A stretch of DNA of 62,906 nt, the filler included, from Chiloscyllium plagiosum (taxonomy: Eukaryota), in assembly GCF_004010195.1 (NCBI RefSeq). It is 5 parts of one record of this genome, joined end to end, with 100 filler letters (N's around TTAATTAATTAA, not from the genome) between each part and the next. Parts side by side here need not be neighbours in the genome. Positions count along the whole stretch, not along the records: positions 36,873 to 54,396 come from NC_057712.1; positions 54,497 to 62,906 come from NC_057712.1; 3 more parts are not named here. One strand, 5' to 3'. Position numbers and translations under genes: made by a program. Of this stretch, positions 47,278 through 60,400 are shown piece after piece (position 1 is the stretch's first letter; each line of letters opens with the position of its first letter). A model generated the notes under the pieces. It was not told the origin of the DNA. It did no database searches and saw only the letters and a list, made by a program, of their open reading frames with translations.

Positions 47278-47636
47278 GTCATAGAGTCAAACAGCCCAAC
47301 TCACCCATGCGATCAGGTTTCCTAAGCTGAACTAGTCCTATTTGCCTGCATTTGGCCTTATCCCTTTAAACCTTTCCTATCCATGTACCTGTCCAAATGT
47401 CTTTGAAATGTTGTAACTGTACCTCCATCTGCCTCTTTTTCAGGCAGCTCATTCCATACACGTACCACCCTCTGTGGGAAAAAGTTGCCCCTTAGGTCTC
47501 TTTTAAATCTTCCCCCTCTCACCTTAAACCTATGCCCTCTCATTTTGGACTCCCTACCCCTCAGGAAAAATCATTGTCTCTTTCCCCTATTCGTGCCCCT
47601 CATGATTTTATAAACCTCTATCAGGTCATCCCTCAG
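47278..47636 (-). mobile_element. CR1/HER1-type 3' fragment
   Basis: RGHRFKVRGGRFKRDLRGNFFPQRVVRVWNELP. Confidence 0.9.
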
Positions 47637-48452
47637 CTGTTTATCACAGCAGCCAAAATTTCTTGCATACACCTTGCAATATTGTGGTTATGGTTTGGGG
47701 CCTGTAGATCGCTCCCATATGACAATGTGGTAACAATGTTATGTGTGAAAAAGATTTTTTAGAATGTCATACATACATAACCTTCTTTTATAAACAGACA
47801 GAGTTTACTACAGCCTTATGCAAGTATCAATCAATCAGACCTTTCAATTATAAATAGCAGAAACTGAAAGCAATTGATGTAATTTTTTTGTAATTTGGCA
47901 CTTAGCAATTGAGATCTAAGACAAGAAGTTGTCAATGAAGCAACATTTTCTCTTGAGCACAGCTGTGTCAACAACCTAATGAATGTATAGAACCTCAGCC
48001 AAGTCTCGTCATGAATTCTTGCCAGGCAAAAGATTAACGTTGCTTACAAGTAAACCACCAGGTGCAGTGTTATTGAGGATGGAACCCCTTTTTAATGAAA
48101 GGAGGATTGTGAAGAATCAAATATCACAAAACAATGAAAGAATCTCGCAATGGGAAACTTGTAGTTCATATGTCCAATTTATTATGCTCATGGTCTTGAA
48201 TGAAGGAGTCTTTTTTTAAAAAACAAGGACACTAGAAGTAGGGAGAAGAGATTCAGTTGGAGCCGGAGGAAAGCTTTGGATTTTAAACTAAAGAGCGAAT
48301 GTCGAAGGAGAATGTGGCATAATGTCTAAATCCCGGGTGGGGTTTTCAGTTGTGTTGAGAAAATTGCTGGAGTATATCTTCTATAGTTTAATGTATCAGT
48401 CAATGAAGTAATGTTTAGTCAATCTTGAGGATTTTTTGTCTTTGTGGAATCT

Positions 48453-48699
48453 TAGATTAGATTAGATTAGGGAAACAGGCCCTTCAGCCCAACAAGTCCA
48501 CACCAACCCGCCAAAGCGCAACTCACCCAGACCCATTCCCCTACATTTACCCCTTCACCTAACACCACGGGCAATTTAGCATGGCCAATTCATCTAACTT
48601 GCACATCTTTGGACTGTGGGAGGAAACCGGAGGACTCGGAGGAAACCCTTGCAGACATGGGGAGAATGTGCAAACTCCACACAGTCAGTTGCCTGAGGC
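48453..48699 (-). mobile_element. HE1-type SINE
   Basis: (TTAGA)n tail and GGGCAATTTAGCATGGCCAATTCA..GTGCAAACTCCACACAG. Confidence 0.9.
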
Positions 48700-50242
48700 A
48701 TATGATCTTTTCAATGAACCACTGAGACATCCATCTCACTTTCTAAATGTTATCAGTTGCTAAGGAGATTGTGACATTGTGCTGAAAATACCCTGCGAAT
48801 CACCATCAGTCTCTCCATTGACTGGCATGGGGTTGGCCATGGAGCTTCTGCTAATTTGTAAGCACACCTTCTTTGAAAGGACAAAGTACCAGCTCGATCC
48901 TTTGATCATTTTAGTTTAGGTTCTGTGACTAGCCAGGGCAAAAAGTCCATAAATGAATATAAATGTCACAAACCTTATACAGTATTGATTTTAAAGTCTT
49001 GCCATGGTAACGTTTTGCAATAATAGAAAATTACTGTCAGCTGGTGAGAATCTATTAAGCCAGTAATTATACAGTTATATTGTTACATTGTGATACCTTT
49101 CCCCTGAAATGCTACATAATTAAAACCATTGCTGTTCTCAGGTGGAAGTAGTAATTTTATTTAGGAGCGTAGAGTCTGTCAGATAACCTTTGTGCAGGAA
49201 ATGGTACAAGGAAACACAGGCCTATAACAAATGCAGATGGATTTGTGATCCTGGGTAGAATGTCAGGTATAACTGTGGATCTGTAGCAGCTGACTGTTAA
49301 CTTAGAAAAGTAGGATAGAAAACAACACAACAGATTGAAATTTATAACATGCTGAGACCAGTGTACTCTGTTCATCAAAACTGGGGCAAATAATTCAATT
49401 ATTGGTATTACATTTAAAAAGTTGCTGTGATCTTATGACTGAAACCAAAAGATTCCATCTTTACAGACTCAATATTATCCCACATTGCAGATGCTCATGT
49501 GAACAGTCTACCCATGCTGTTCATGAGGCTTTGTTATTGTGTCCTTTCCCTTCAAAGGAAACCTGACTTGAAGCAATTGTATGAATAGTGTAATTGAGGA
49601 GATATACCGGCACTCAAAGCTCTAGGTTTTTGACAAAAGGAATCTAATAGACTTAGGCGAAGAGGAGACAGAGAGAAGTGACAGGCTTGAAGGCAAGGTG
49701 GGAGTAGCAACTTGATGAAAGCGGGACGAAGTTTTCTACATAATCTCAGTCTTGTGTAGTTTCATAAATATTGCAATGTGGTCATTACGCAGTGCAACTA
49801 TTTGTTCAGAAGAAAACATTGTTATCTCCATAGCTAACCAAAATTTTCTTTTTAAATTTATGGATGAGCCAGTGCATTGCAGAAGGAGGTCAGCTCCTCA
49901 GATACTTGGTGATACAGATTGACCATAATTACAGTCTCTGTTAAAACCTCTTACATTCCTCACAATGAATCCAGAGGTTCTCTCTCGGTAGCAGGCAATA
50001 GCTTATTACATCAATCAATTAATCAATCAATTAGACTTGTCTCAACATGAATGTTAGCTGAGTACTGTTACAGTTCTGTGTGTTGGCAAGTAAAAAACTA
50101 TCAGCTGACCTCTTAGTCCATTTTATATTGCTGGAAAGTGTCTGTGCTTGCATTTATAGTTCATAAGTTCATATTTATAGTTCAGAAGTTTGTAGTGTGA
50201 GTGAGACTATATGTATGAATCCCGTGAGGCAGGTTTTAAAGA

Positions 50243-50545
50243 TAGATTAAATTAGATTACTTACAGTGTGGAAACAGGCCCTTCAGCCCAACAAGTCCAC
50301 ACCGACCCGCCGAAGCACACCCACCCAGATCCATTCCATTACGTTTATCCCTGCACCTAACACTATGGGCAATTTAGCATGGCCAATTCACCTAACCTGC
50401 ACATCTTTGGACTGTGGGAGGAAACCCACGCAGACACAGGGAGAATGTGCAAACTCCACACAGTCAGTCGCCCGAGGCTGGAATTGAACCTGGGTCTCTG
50501 GCACTGTGAGGTAGCAGTGCTAACCACTGTGCCACTGTGCCACCC
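50243..50545 (-). mobile_element. HE1-type SINE, near full length
   Basis: Tail, core and tRNA-like head (GTGCTAACCACTGTGCCACTGTGCCACCC). Confidence 0.92.
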
Positions 50546-50619
50546 ACATATGTTTTTTTTAGTTTATCAGTGAGTGTGCTGATGATCTCATTGAGGAACA
50601 AAGTTGAAAGATTGAATTG

Positions 50620-52105
50620 GATTGACTTGAATTGAATTTATTGTCACGTGTACCGCGGCACAGTGAAAAGCTTTGTTTTGCGAGCAATACAGGCAGATCA
50701 CAGAGTTAAATAACAGAGATAAGTAAATATTAGATAAACAGCGGCAAAAACAAAAACACAGGTACAGGCGAATGCTAAGAGTTTGTGAATCTATTCAATA
50801 TTCTAACAATAGTTGGGTAGATGCCATTTCAAAACCGGCTGGTGCCTGTGTTCAGGCTTCTGTACCTTCTCCCCGATGGTAGAGGTTGTAGAAAAACATT
50901 GCCAGGGTGGGATGGATCTTTGAGAATGCTGGCAGACTTTCTTTGACAGCGGGCCTGGTAGATGGATTCTATAGATGGGAGGTTGGCCTTTATGGATTGT
51001 CCGGGCCGAGTTCACCACTCTCTGTAACTATCTCCTATCTTGAATGGTACACTGATACATCCAGACAGAAAGCTCTCAATGGTGCACTTACAAAAGTTTG
51101 TAAGGGTACTTGCAGTCATGCCAAATCTGCTCAGCTGCCTGAGGAAGAAGAGATGTCGTTGGACCTTTTTAACCAGTGTATCCACGTGAAGAGTCCTTGT
51201 TGTGGATGACCACTCCCAGGAGCTTGACACTCTCCACTCGTTCCACCTCTGTACTGTTAATGTGTAGGGGGGCATGAGTAACATCCTGCTGAAAGTCCTT
51301 GGTTTTGCCGGTATTGAGAGCTGGTTGTTCTCAGTGCACCATTTTTCCAGGTCTTCCACCTCCCGTCTGTAATCTGTTTCGTCACCATCTGAGATTCGAC
51401 CCGACTATGGCATTATAAATGGCATTAGTCTGGTATTTGGTGACACAGTCATGGGTGTACAGTGAGTACAGTAGGTGGCTGAGTACGCACCCCTGGGGGG
51501 GGGCTCCACTGTTGAGTGTTAGTGAGGATGAAATATTGTCCCCAATCTTCACTGATTGTTGCCTGTGGGTCAGGAAACTGAGAATCCAGTTGCAGAGAGT
51601 GGGGCTTAGTCCGAGATCACTAAGTTTAGTAATCAGTCTCGAGGGGATAATAGTGTTGAAGGCTGAACTGTAGTCAATGAGTAGGATTCTTATGTAGCTG
51701 TTCTTGGTGTCAAGATGTTCTAGGAAGGAGTGAAGGGCAAGTGATATGACATCTGACGTGGATCTGTTGGTCCGATAGGCAAATTGGAGTGGGTCAAGAG
51801 TAGGTTGGAGCTGATTAATGCCATGACCAGCCTTTCAAAGAACTTCATGACCATCGAAGTTAGGGCCACTGGGCGGTAGTCATTGAGACATGCTGCATGA
51901 GCCTTCTTAGACACAGGGATGATGTTGGCCTCTTGAAACAGGCAGGGACAGTGGCCTGCTGCAGGGAGAGGTTGGAGATGTCAGAGAAGATCTCTGCTAG
52001 TTGATCTGCACATGCTCTGAGTGCACGGCCTGGTACTCCGTTTGGTCCCATCGCTTTCCTTAGATTCACACGAAGGAAAACTGACCTGACCTCTGATGCA
52101 GTGTA
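50620..52105 (-). mobile_element. Rex1/Babar-clade LINE 3' half, decayed
   Basis: VRSVFLRVNLRKAMGPNGVPGRALRACADQLAEIFSDI.NLSL, ACLNDYRPVALTS.VMK.FERLV and VKKVQRHLFFLRQLSRFGM..LTNF.KCTIESFLSGCI, with a (TTGAA)n tail. Confidence 0.9.
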
Positions 52106-53894
52106 GCTCATAATACTATAATTTATTAACATCAGAAATACAATAATCAAGATTGTTCATCTTCAACAGTACATGATAATTTAGATCTTGCTGTGCCTGG
52201 TTAAATGATTTTTAAACCTTGGCCAAATGAGTGTTTTCATTGATGTCATCAGCACTGTTGGTTTAACCTTTCTGAATAATTGGCAATTTGTGGTAAACGA
52301 GGGAGAAGGTTATTTCTGCACCTTTTTTCTGAATTTTGTTCTCCCTATACCTGTTATTTGGCATTTTTTTACAAGTTCAAATTTTGCCCGTATCTTTTAT
52401 CTCGCCTACCAGTTTGCATTATTTGTTTTTTAGCTACAAACAATTGCACAAAAATTATTGGATGGCCAGTAAAAGTCTGTGAAGATCTATCCATTTAATG
52501 GTAATCACAGATTTAAATTATCACAGATGCACCCTCTATCAATCCCCCCTCCTCATCACCACCATACCACCATCCACCAATCATATTATCTCACATAATG
52601 CTTTAAAAAAAGGGGATGTAAACTTTCTTCCTATGTACAAGCGATTATTTCAAAGCCTTTCCTTATTGTGGGACTCTATAATTGTTAAGTTTGCATTTAT
52701 GATGTGGAAAGGCAGTCATATCCCTACGTACGAAACTCAGGAAGATTTATTAAACTTCTGTGTTTTGGCTTATTCTTTTATGGATATAATTTCCTGTTTA
52801 TGCACATTTTATTGCTTCAGTTCTGTTATATAGATACTTATTAAATGTAAGTGCACATGGATGAGGGATCACTGCATCCAATATTGTAGATCCCAACCAT
52901 ATCATAATATTTAAAATGAACAGTGTTATTAAACATCTAAATTACACTTCTTAATTTTCAGTTGGCTAAATTGAATCAGTCTTGGATACTGTAAAATAAA
53001 TTTAATATTACAATTGAACTTTGTTATGTCTGTGTTTTTAAAAATGTATTTTAACTTTTATTTTTCTCGTTCCTGTTTATTGTTTCTTCTTCATTCCAAT
53101 TGTCTTTGTACTTCCATCAAATTCTTCACGAAAGTAATGGGCCAACTCTTCAGAAGAGTCATTCAGAGCAATTTGTCTCCCTCCTGCAGTATCTTTGCAT
53201 TTATTTCCTCCATCAAGTATTGCCGTGAGGCTGCAGTTGAATCTGTGTGTACCACCGTATAAGGGTGAGTATTTCAAGTTCTAACTGCACACTGTACATA
53301 TAAGTTTCTCTCCTTGCTGTTTGTTTTTTGTCCATTCACCTTAAATCTGTCCTCATTGATCATTTCTTCAACCCTTGGAAACAGCTTCTCTTTAATTATT
53401 CAATCAGTTGGCAAGTGAGTTGGGGGAAGACACAAGGAGGTTACAAAGGGATAGTGATAAGTGAGTGGGCAAGGATCTGGAAAATGGAATACAAGTTGGG
53501 AAAGTGTGGAATTGCCAATATCTGACCTTGGCTCCATTAAGTATGAGTGTGTCTACACTTTAAACATTAATGAAATATACATGAGGGCACATAAGGTAAT
53601 CACTTCCTTAACTCTGCCTTACATTGTTAGATCTCTGGAGTCCTCCTATTGTAAAGCAACATATTGATTAACAGAAGTAATCTCTTTAATGTGAGAAAGA
53701 TAGGTTCATATCCAGAACAGAAAATGAAACCTATGTGAGGGAATATCTCAGGTAGACCCAAGCATCGTGTTGCAATTAGGAACATAGGAACAGCCCCAGG
53801 AGCCTGTTCCATCATTCAATGAGACCATATAATGTTCAATTTTCAGTCAAATGCTGGGTGTCAAAAATAAGAGAGTAAGCTGACTCATCATAAA

Positions 53895-53995
53895 GTACTG
53901 AAAAAGGTCACTGGACCCAAAACATTAACTCCGCTTTCCTTCTACAGAGATTGCCAGACCTGCAGAGACTTTCCAGCAACTTCTGTTTGTGTTTC
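53895..53995 (+). mobile_element. Penelope-like terminus, degenerate hammerhead
   Basis: CTGAAAAAGGTCACTGGACCCAAAACATTAAC..GCCAGACCTGC..TTCCAGC. Confidence 0.55.
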
Positions 53996-54084
53996 ACAAT
54001 AAAATACTAAACAATTCTTCAGCTGATCAAGAAAATGCTAAAAATGGGTATTCACCAAAACATGAATTATTGTTCAAATGCCAC

Positions 54085-54225
54085 TACTCAAGACCACCAG
54101 ATGCCTCTAAGTACTTTAGAGGCAATAGAGTATATCAAAGAAATGTGTTTATTATTGTGATGTAGGAAACACAGCGACCAATTCATGTACTCATCAAACT
54201 CCCAAAAACAACATTGTGTTAATGA
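54085..54225 (-). mobile_element. Degenerate ancient SINE 3' part (possibly Deu-SINE-like)
   Basis: TTGTGATGTAGGAAACACAGCGACCAATT..TCCCAAAAACAAC resembles, from memory, the 3' region of shark Deu-type SINEs. Confidence 0.35.
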
Positions 54226-54380
54226 GGGTGGTGGAAGGGGTATGAGGGGTCAGGGAGGGAGGTGTGGGAGTGATTGAGCGGGTGTGTGGGAGGGGGGCAA
54301 GGGAGGAGGTATGGGAGTAAGGAAGGAAATGGGAGATGTGGGGAGGGTATGGGGGGTGAGGGAGGGGGTATGAGGTGGTT
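54225..54380 (+). repeat. G-rich low-complexity tract (G-quadruplex-capable)
   Basis: More than 12 runs of at least 3 G with short spacers. Confidence 0.8.
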
Positions 54381-54396
54381 TAGTAATGTACCACTG

Positions 54397-54496
54397 NNNN
54401 NNNNNNNNNNNNNNNNNNNNNNNNNNNNNNNNNNNNNNNNTTAATTAATTAANNNNNNNNNNNNNNNNNNNNNNNNNNNNNNNNNNNNNNNNNNNN
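54397..54496. other. Scaffold gap with TTAATTAATTAA linker
   Basis: 44 N + linker (54441-54452) + 44 N. Confidence 0.97.
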
Positions 54497-57400
54497 CAGG
54501 TGTAATCACTGTGTTGATGACAGGTATAAACACTGTTGATGGTGACAGTAAACACTGTGTCGATGACAGGTATAAAAACGGTGTCGATGACAGGTATAAA
54601 CACTGTGTTGATGGCAGGGGCAAACACTGTGTTGATGACAGGTGTAACCACTGTTGATGACAGGTGTAAACACGGTGTTGATGGTGAGTGTAAACACTGT
54701 GTTGATGACGGGTGTAAACACGGTTGATTGTAGGTATAAACACTGTGTTGATGACAGGTATAAACACTGTGTTGATGACAGGCGTAAACACTGTGTTGAT
54801 GACAGGTGTAAACACTTTGACAGGTATAAACACTGTGATGGCAGGTTGAAATATAGTTGATGACAGGTGTTAACACTGTGTTGATGATGGGTATAAACAC
54901 TGTTGATGAAAGGAGTAAATATTGTGTTGATGACAGGTATATACACTGTGTAGATAACAGGTGTAAACATTGTGTTGATGACGGAGGTAAACATTGTGTT
55001 GATGACAGGTGTAAACACTCTGTTGATGACAGGTGTAAACACTGTGTTGATGATAGGTGTAAACACTGTGTGGAGGACAGGTATAAACTCTGTTGTTGAC
55101 AGGTGTAAACACTGTGTTGATGACAGGTATAAACACTGTTAATGACAGGAGTAAACATTGTGTTGATGACAGGTTTAATGATGGTGTTGATGACAGGAGT
55201 AAACAGTGTGTTGATGACAGGAGTAAACAGTGTGTTGATGGCAGGTGCAAACACTGTGTTGATGTCAGGTGTAATCGCTGTGTTGATGCCAGGTGTAAAC
55301 ACTGTTGATGGCGACAGTAAACACTGTGTCGCTGACAGGTAAAGAAACGGTGTCGATGACAGGTATAAACACTGTTGATGGCAGGTGCAAACACTGTGTT
55401 GATGCCTGGTGTAAACACTGTGTTGATGACATGTGTAAACACTGTGTTGATGGCAGGTATAAACACTGTGTTCATGACGGTTGTAAACACTGTGTTAATG
55501 ACAGGTGTAAACACTGTTGATGACAGTTATAAACACTGTTGATGACAGGAAAAAACACTGTGTTGATGACAGGTGTTAACACTGTGTTTATGACAGGTAT
55601 AAACACTGTTGATGACAGGTGTAAACACTGTGTTGATGACAGGTGTAAACACTGTTGATGACAGGTATAGGCACTGTGTTGATGGCAGGTGTAATCACTG
55701 TGTTGATGGTAGGTACAAACTCTGTGTTGATGACAGGTGTAATCACTGTGTTGATGACGTGTAAACACTGTGTTGATGACAGGTGTAAACACAGTTGATG
55801 GTAGGTATAATCACTGTGTTGATGGCAGGTATAAACACTGTGTTGATGGCAGGTGCAAACACTGTGATGACAGTTGTAAACACTGTTGATGGCAGGTATA
55901 AACACTGTGTTGATGGCAGGTGTAAACACTGTGTTGATGACAGGTGTAAACACTTTGATGACAGGTATAAACACTGTGTGGGTGGCAGGTGCAAATACTG
56001 TTGATGACAGGTGTTAACACTGTGTTGATGATAGGTATAAACGCTGTGTTGATGACAGGAGTAAATATTGTGTTGATGGCAGGTATAAACACTGTGTTGA
56101 TGACAGGTGTAAACACTCTGTTGATGACAGGTGTAAACACTGTGTTGATGACAGGTATAAGCACTGAATTAATGACTGTTACAAACACTGTGTTGATGAC
56201 AGGTATAATCACGGTGTTGATGACGGGTGTAAACACTGCGATGATGACAGGTTTAAACACTGTGTTGATGACAGGTGTAAACACTGTGTTGATGACAGGT
56301 GTAAACATTGTTGATGACGGGTATAAACACTCTGTTCATGTCAGGTATAAGCACTGTGTTGATGATAGGTGTAAACACAATGTTGATGACACGTGTAAAC
56401 GCAGTGTTGATGACAGCTGTAAACACTGTGTTGATGATAGGTATAATCACTCTGTTGATGGCAGGTATAATCACTGTGTTGATGACAGGTGTAAACACTC
56501 TGTTGATGACAGGTGTAAACACTGTGTTGATGATAGTTGTAAACACTGTGTGGATGACAGGTATAAACACTGTTGTTGACAGGTGCAAACACTGTGTTGA
56601 TGACAGGTATAAATACTGTTGATGACAGGAGTAAACATTGTGTTGATGACAGGTTTAATGACGGTGTTGATGACAGGAGTAAACAGTGTGTTGATGACAG
56701 GAGTAAACAGTGTGTTGATGGCAGGTGCAAACACTGTGTTGATGTCAGGTGTAATCGCTGTGTTGATGACAGGTGTAAACACTGTTGATGGCGACGGTAA
56801 ACACTGTGTCGATGACAGGTAAAGAGACGGTGTCGATGACAGGTATAAACACTGTTGATGGCAGGTGCAAACACTGAGTTGATGGCTGGTGTAAACACTG
56901 TGTTGATGACATGTGTAAACACTATGTTGATGGCAGGTATAAACACTGTGTTGATGACGGTTGTAAACACTGTGTTAATGACAGGAGTAAGCACTGTTGA
57001 TGACAGTTATAAACACTGTTGATGACAGGAGAAAACACTGTGTTGATGACAGGTGTTAACACTGTGCTGATGACAGGTATAAACACTGTTGATGACAGGT
57101 GTAAACACTGTGTTGATGACAGGTGTAAACACTGTTGATGACAGTTTTAATCTCTGTGTTGATGACAGGTGTAAACACTGTTGATGACAGGTATAGGCAC
57201 TGTGTTGATGGCAGGTGTAATCACTGTGTTGATGGTAGTTGCAAACTCTGTGTTGATGACAGGTGTAATCACTGTGTTGATGACATGCGTAAACACTGTG
57301 ATGATGGCGAGTGTACACACTGTGTTGATGACAGGTGAAAACACAGTTGATGGTAGGTATAATCACTGTGTTGATGGCAGGTATAGACACTGTATTGATG

Positions 57401-60400
57401 GCAGGTGCAAACACTGTGATGACAGCTGTAAACACTGTTGATGGCAGGTATAAACACTGTGTTGATGGCAGGTGTAAATACTGTGTTAATGACAGGTGTA
57501 AACACTTTGATGACAGGTATAAACACTGTTGGGTGGCAGGTGCAAATACTGTTGATGACAGGTGTTAACACTGTGTTGATGATAGGTATAAACGCTGTGT
57601 TGATGACAGGAGTAAATATTGTGTTGATGGCAGGTATAAACTCTGCGTTGATGACGGGTGTAAACACTGCGATGATGACAGGTTTAAACACTGGGTTGAT
57701 TACAGGTGTAAACACTGTGTTGATGGCAGGTATAAACACTGTATTTATGACAGGTGTAAACATTGTTGATGACAGGTGTAAACAGTGTGTTCATGTCAGG
57801 TATAAGCACTGTGTTGATGACAGGTGTAAACGCAATGTTGATGACAGGTGTAAACGCAGTGTTGATGACAGCTGTAAACACTGTTGATGACAGGTGTAAA
57901 TACTGTCTTGATGAGATGCATACACTGTGTTGATGACAGGTGTAAACACTTGATGACAGGTGTAAACACTGTTGATGACAGGAGTAAATACTGTCTTGAT
58001 GAGATGCATACACTGTGTTGATGACAGGAGTAAATACTGTGTTGATGACTGGTGTAAATACTGTGTTGATGACAGGTGTAAACATTGTGTTGATGACAGG
58101 TATAAACATTGTGTTGATGACAGGTATAAACACTGTGTTGATGACAGGTGTAAACACTGCGTTGGTGACAGGTGTAAACACTGTATTGATGGTAGGTATA
58201 AACATTGTGTTGATGACAGTTGTAAACACTGTGTTGATGACAGGTGTAAACATTGTGTTGATGGTAGGTATAAACACTGTTGATGACAGGTATATTCATG
58301 GTGTTGATGACAGGAGTAAATACTGTCTTGATGATACGTATAAACACTGCATTGATAACAGATTTAAACTCTGCGTTGATGACAGGTATAAAAACTGTGT
58401 TGATGACAGGTGTAAACACTGTGTTGATGGTAGGTATAAACACTGTGTTGATGACAGGAGTAAATACTGTCTTGATGAGATGTATGCACTGTGTTGATGA
58501 CAGGAGTAAGTACTGTGTTGATGACAGGTGTAAACACTGTGTTCATGATAGGTGTAAACATTGTGTTGATGACTGGTATGAACATTGTGTTGATGACAGG
58601 TATAAACACTATGTTGATGACAGGTGTAAACACTGTTGATGGTAGGTATAAACACGGTGTTGATGACAGGTATAATCACGGTGTTGATGACGGGTGTAAA
58701 CACTGCAATGATGACAGGTTTAAACACTGTGTTGATGACAGGTGTAAACACTGTGTTGATGACAGGTGTAAACACTGTTGGTGGCAGGTATAAACACTGT
58801 GTTTATGACAGGTGTAAACATTGTTGATGACAGGTATAAACATTGTGTTAATGTCAGGTATAAGCACTGTGTTGCTGATAGGTGTAAACGCAATGTTGAT
58901 GACACGTGTAAACGCAGTATTGATGACAGCTGTAAACACTGTCTTGATGATAGGTATAATCACTCAGTTGATGGCAGGTATAATCACTGTTGATGACAGG
59001 TGTAAACACTGTGTTGATGACAGGTGTAAATACTGTCTTGATGACAAGTAAACAGTGTGTTGATGATAGGTGTAAACACTGTTGATGACAGGTGAAACAC
59101 TGTGTTGATGACATGTATAATCACTGTGTTGATGACAGGTGAAAACAGTGTGTTGATGACATGTGTAACCACTGTGTTGATGACAGGTGTAAGCACTGTG
59201 TTGATGGCAGGCATGATCACTGTGTTGATGACAGGTGTAAACACTGTTGATGACAGGTGTAAACACTGTTGATGACAGGAGTAAATACAGTCTTGATGAG
59301 ATGCATACACTGTGTTGATCACAGGAGTAAATACTGTGTTGATGACAGGTGTAAATACTGTGTTGATGACAGGTGTAAACATTGTGTGGATGACAGGTAT
59401 AAACACTGTGTTGATGACAGGTGTAAACACTGCGTTGGTGACAGGTGTAAACACTGTGTTGGTGGCAGGTATAAACATTGTGTTGATGACAGTTGTAAAC
59501 ACTGTTGATGACAGGTGTAAACATTGTGTTGATGGTAGGTATAAACACTGTGATGATCACAGGTATAATCACGGTGTTGATGACAGGAGTAAAGACTGTC
59601 TTGATGACACGTATAAACACTGCATTGATAACAGGTTTAAACTCTGCGTTGATGGCAGGTATAAAAACTGTGTTGATGACAGGTGTAAACACTGTGTTGA
59701 TGACAGGTGTAAACACTGTGTTGATGGTAGGTATAAACACTGTGTTGATGACAGGAGTAAATACTGTCTTGATGAGATGTATACACTGTGTTGATGACAG
59801 GAGTAAATACTGTGTTGATGACAGGTGTAAACACTCTGTTGATGACAGTTGTAAACACTGTGTTGATAGGTGTAAACACTGTGTGGATGACAGGTATAAA
59901 CACTGTGTTGTTGACAGGTGTAAACACTGTGTTGATGATAGGTGTAAACACTGTGTGGATGACAGGTATAAACACTGTGTTGATGGTCGGTATAACACTT
60001 TGTTGATGACAGGTATAATCACTGTTGATGACAGGTGAAAACAGTGTGTTGATGACATGTGTAAACACTGTGTTGATGACAGGTGTAAGCACTGTGTTGA
60101 TGGCAGGTATGATCACTGTGTTGATGACAGGTGTAAACACTGTTGATGACAGGTGTAAACACTGTTGATGACAGGAGTAAATACAGTCTTGATGAGATGC
60201 GGACACTGTGTGGATGACAGGAGTAAATACTGTGTTGATGACAGGTGTAAATACTGTGTTGATGACAGGTGTAAACATTGTGTTGATGTCAGGTATAAAC
60301 ATTGTGTTGATGACAGGTATAAACACTGTGTTGATGACAGGTGTAAACACTGCGTTGGTGACAGGTGTAAACACTGTGTTGATGGCAGGTATAAACATTG

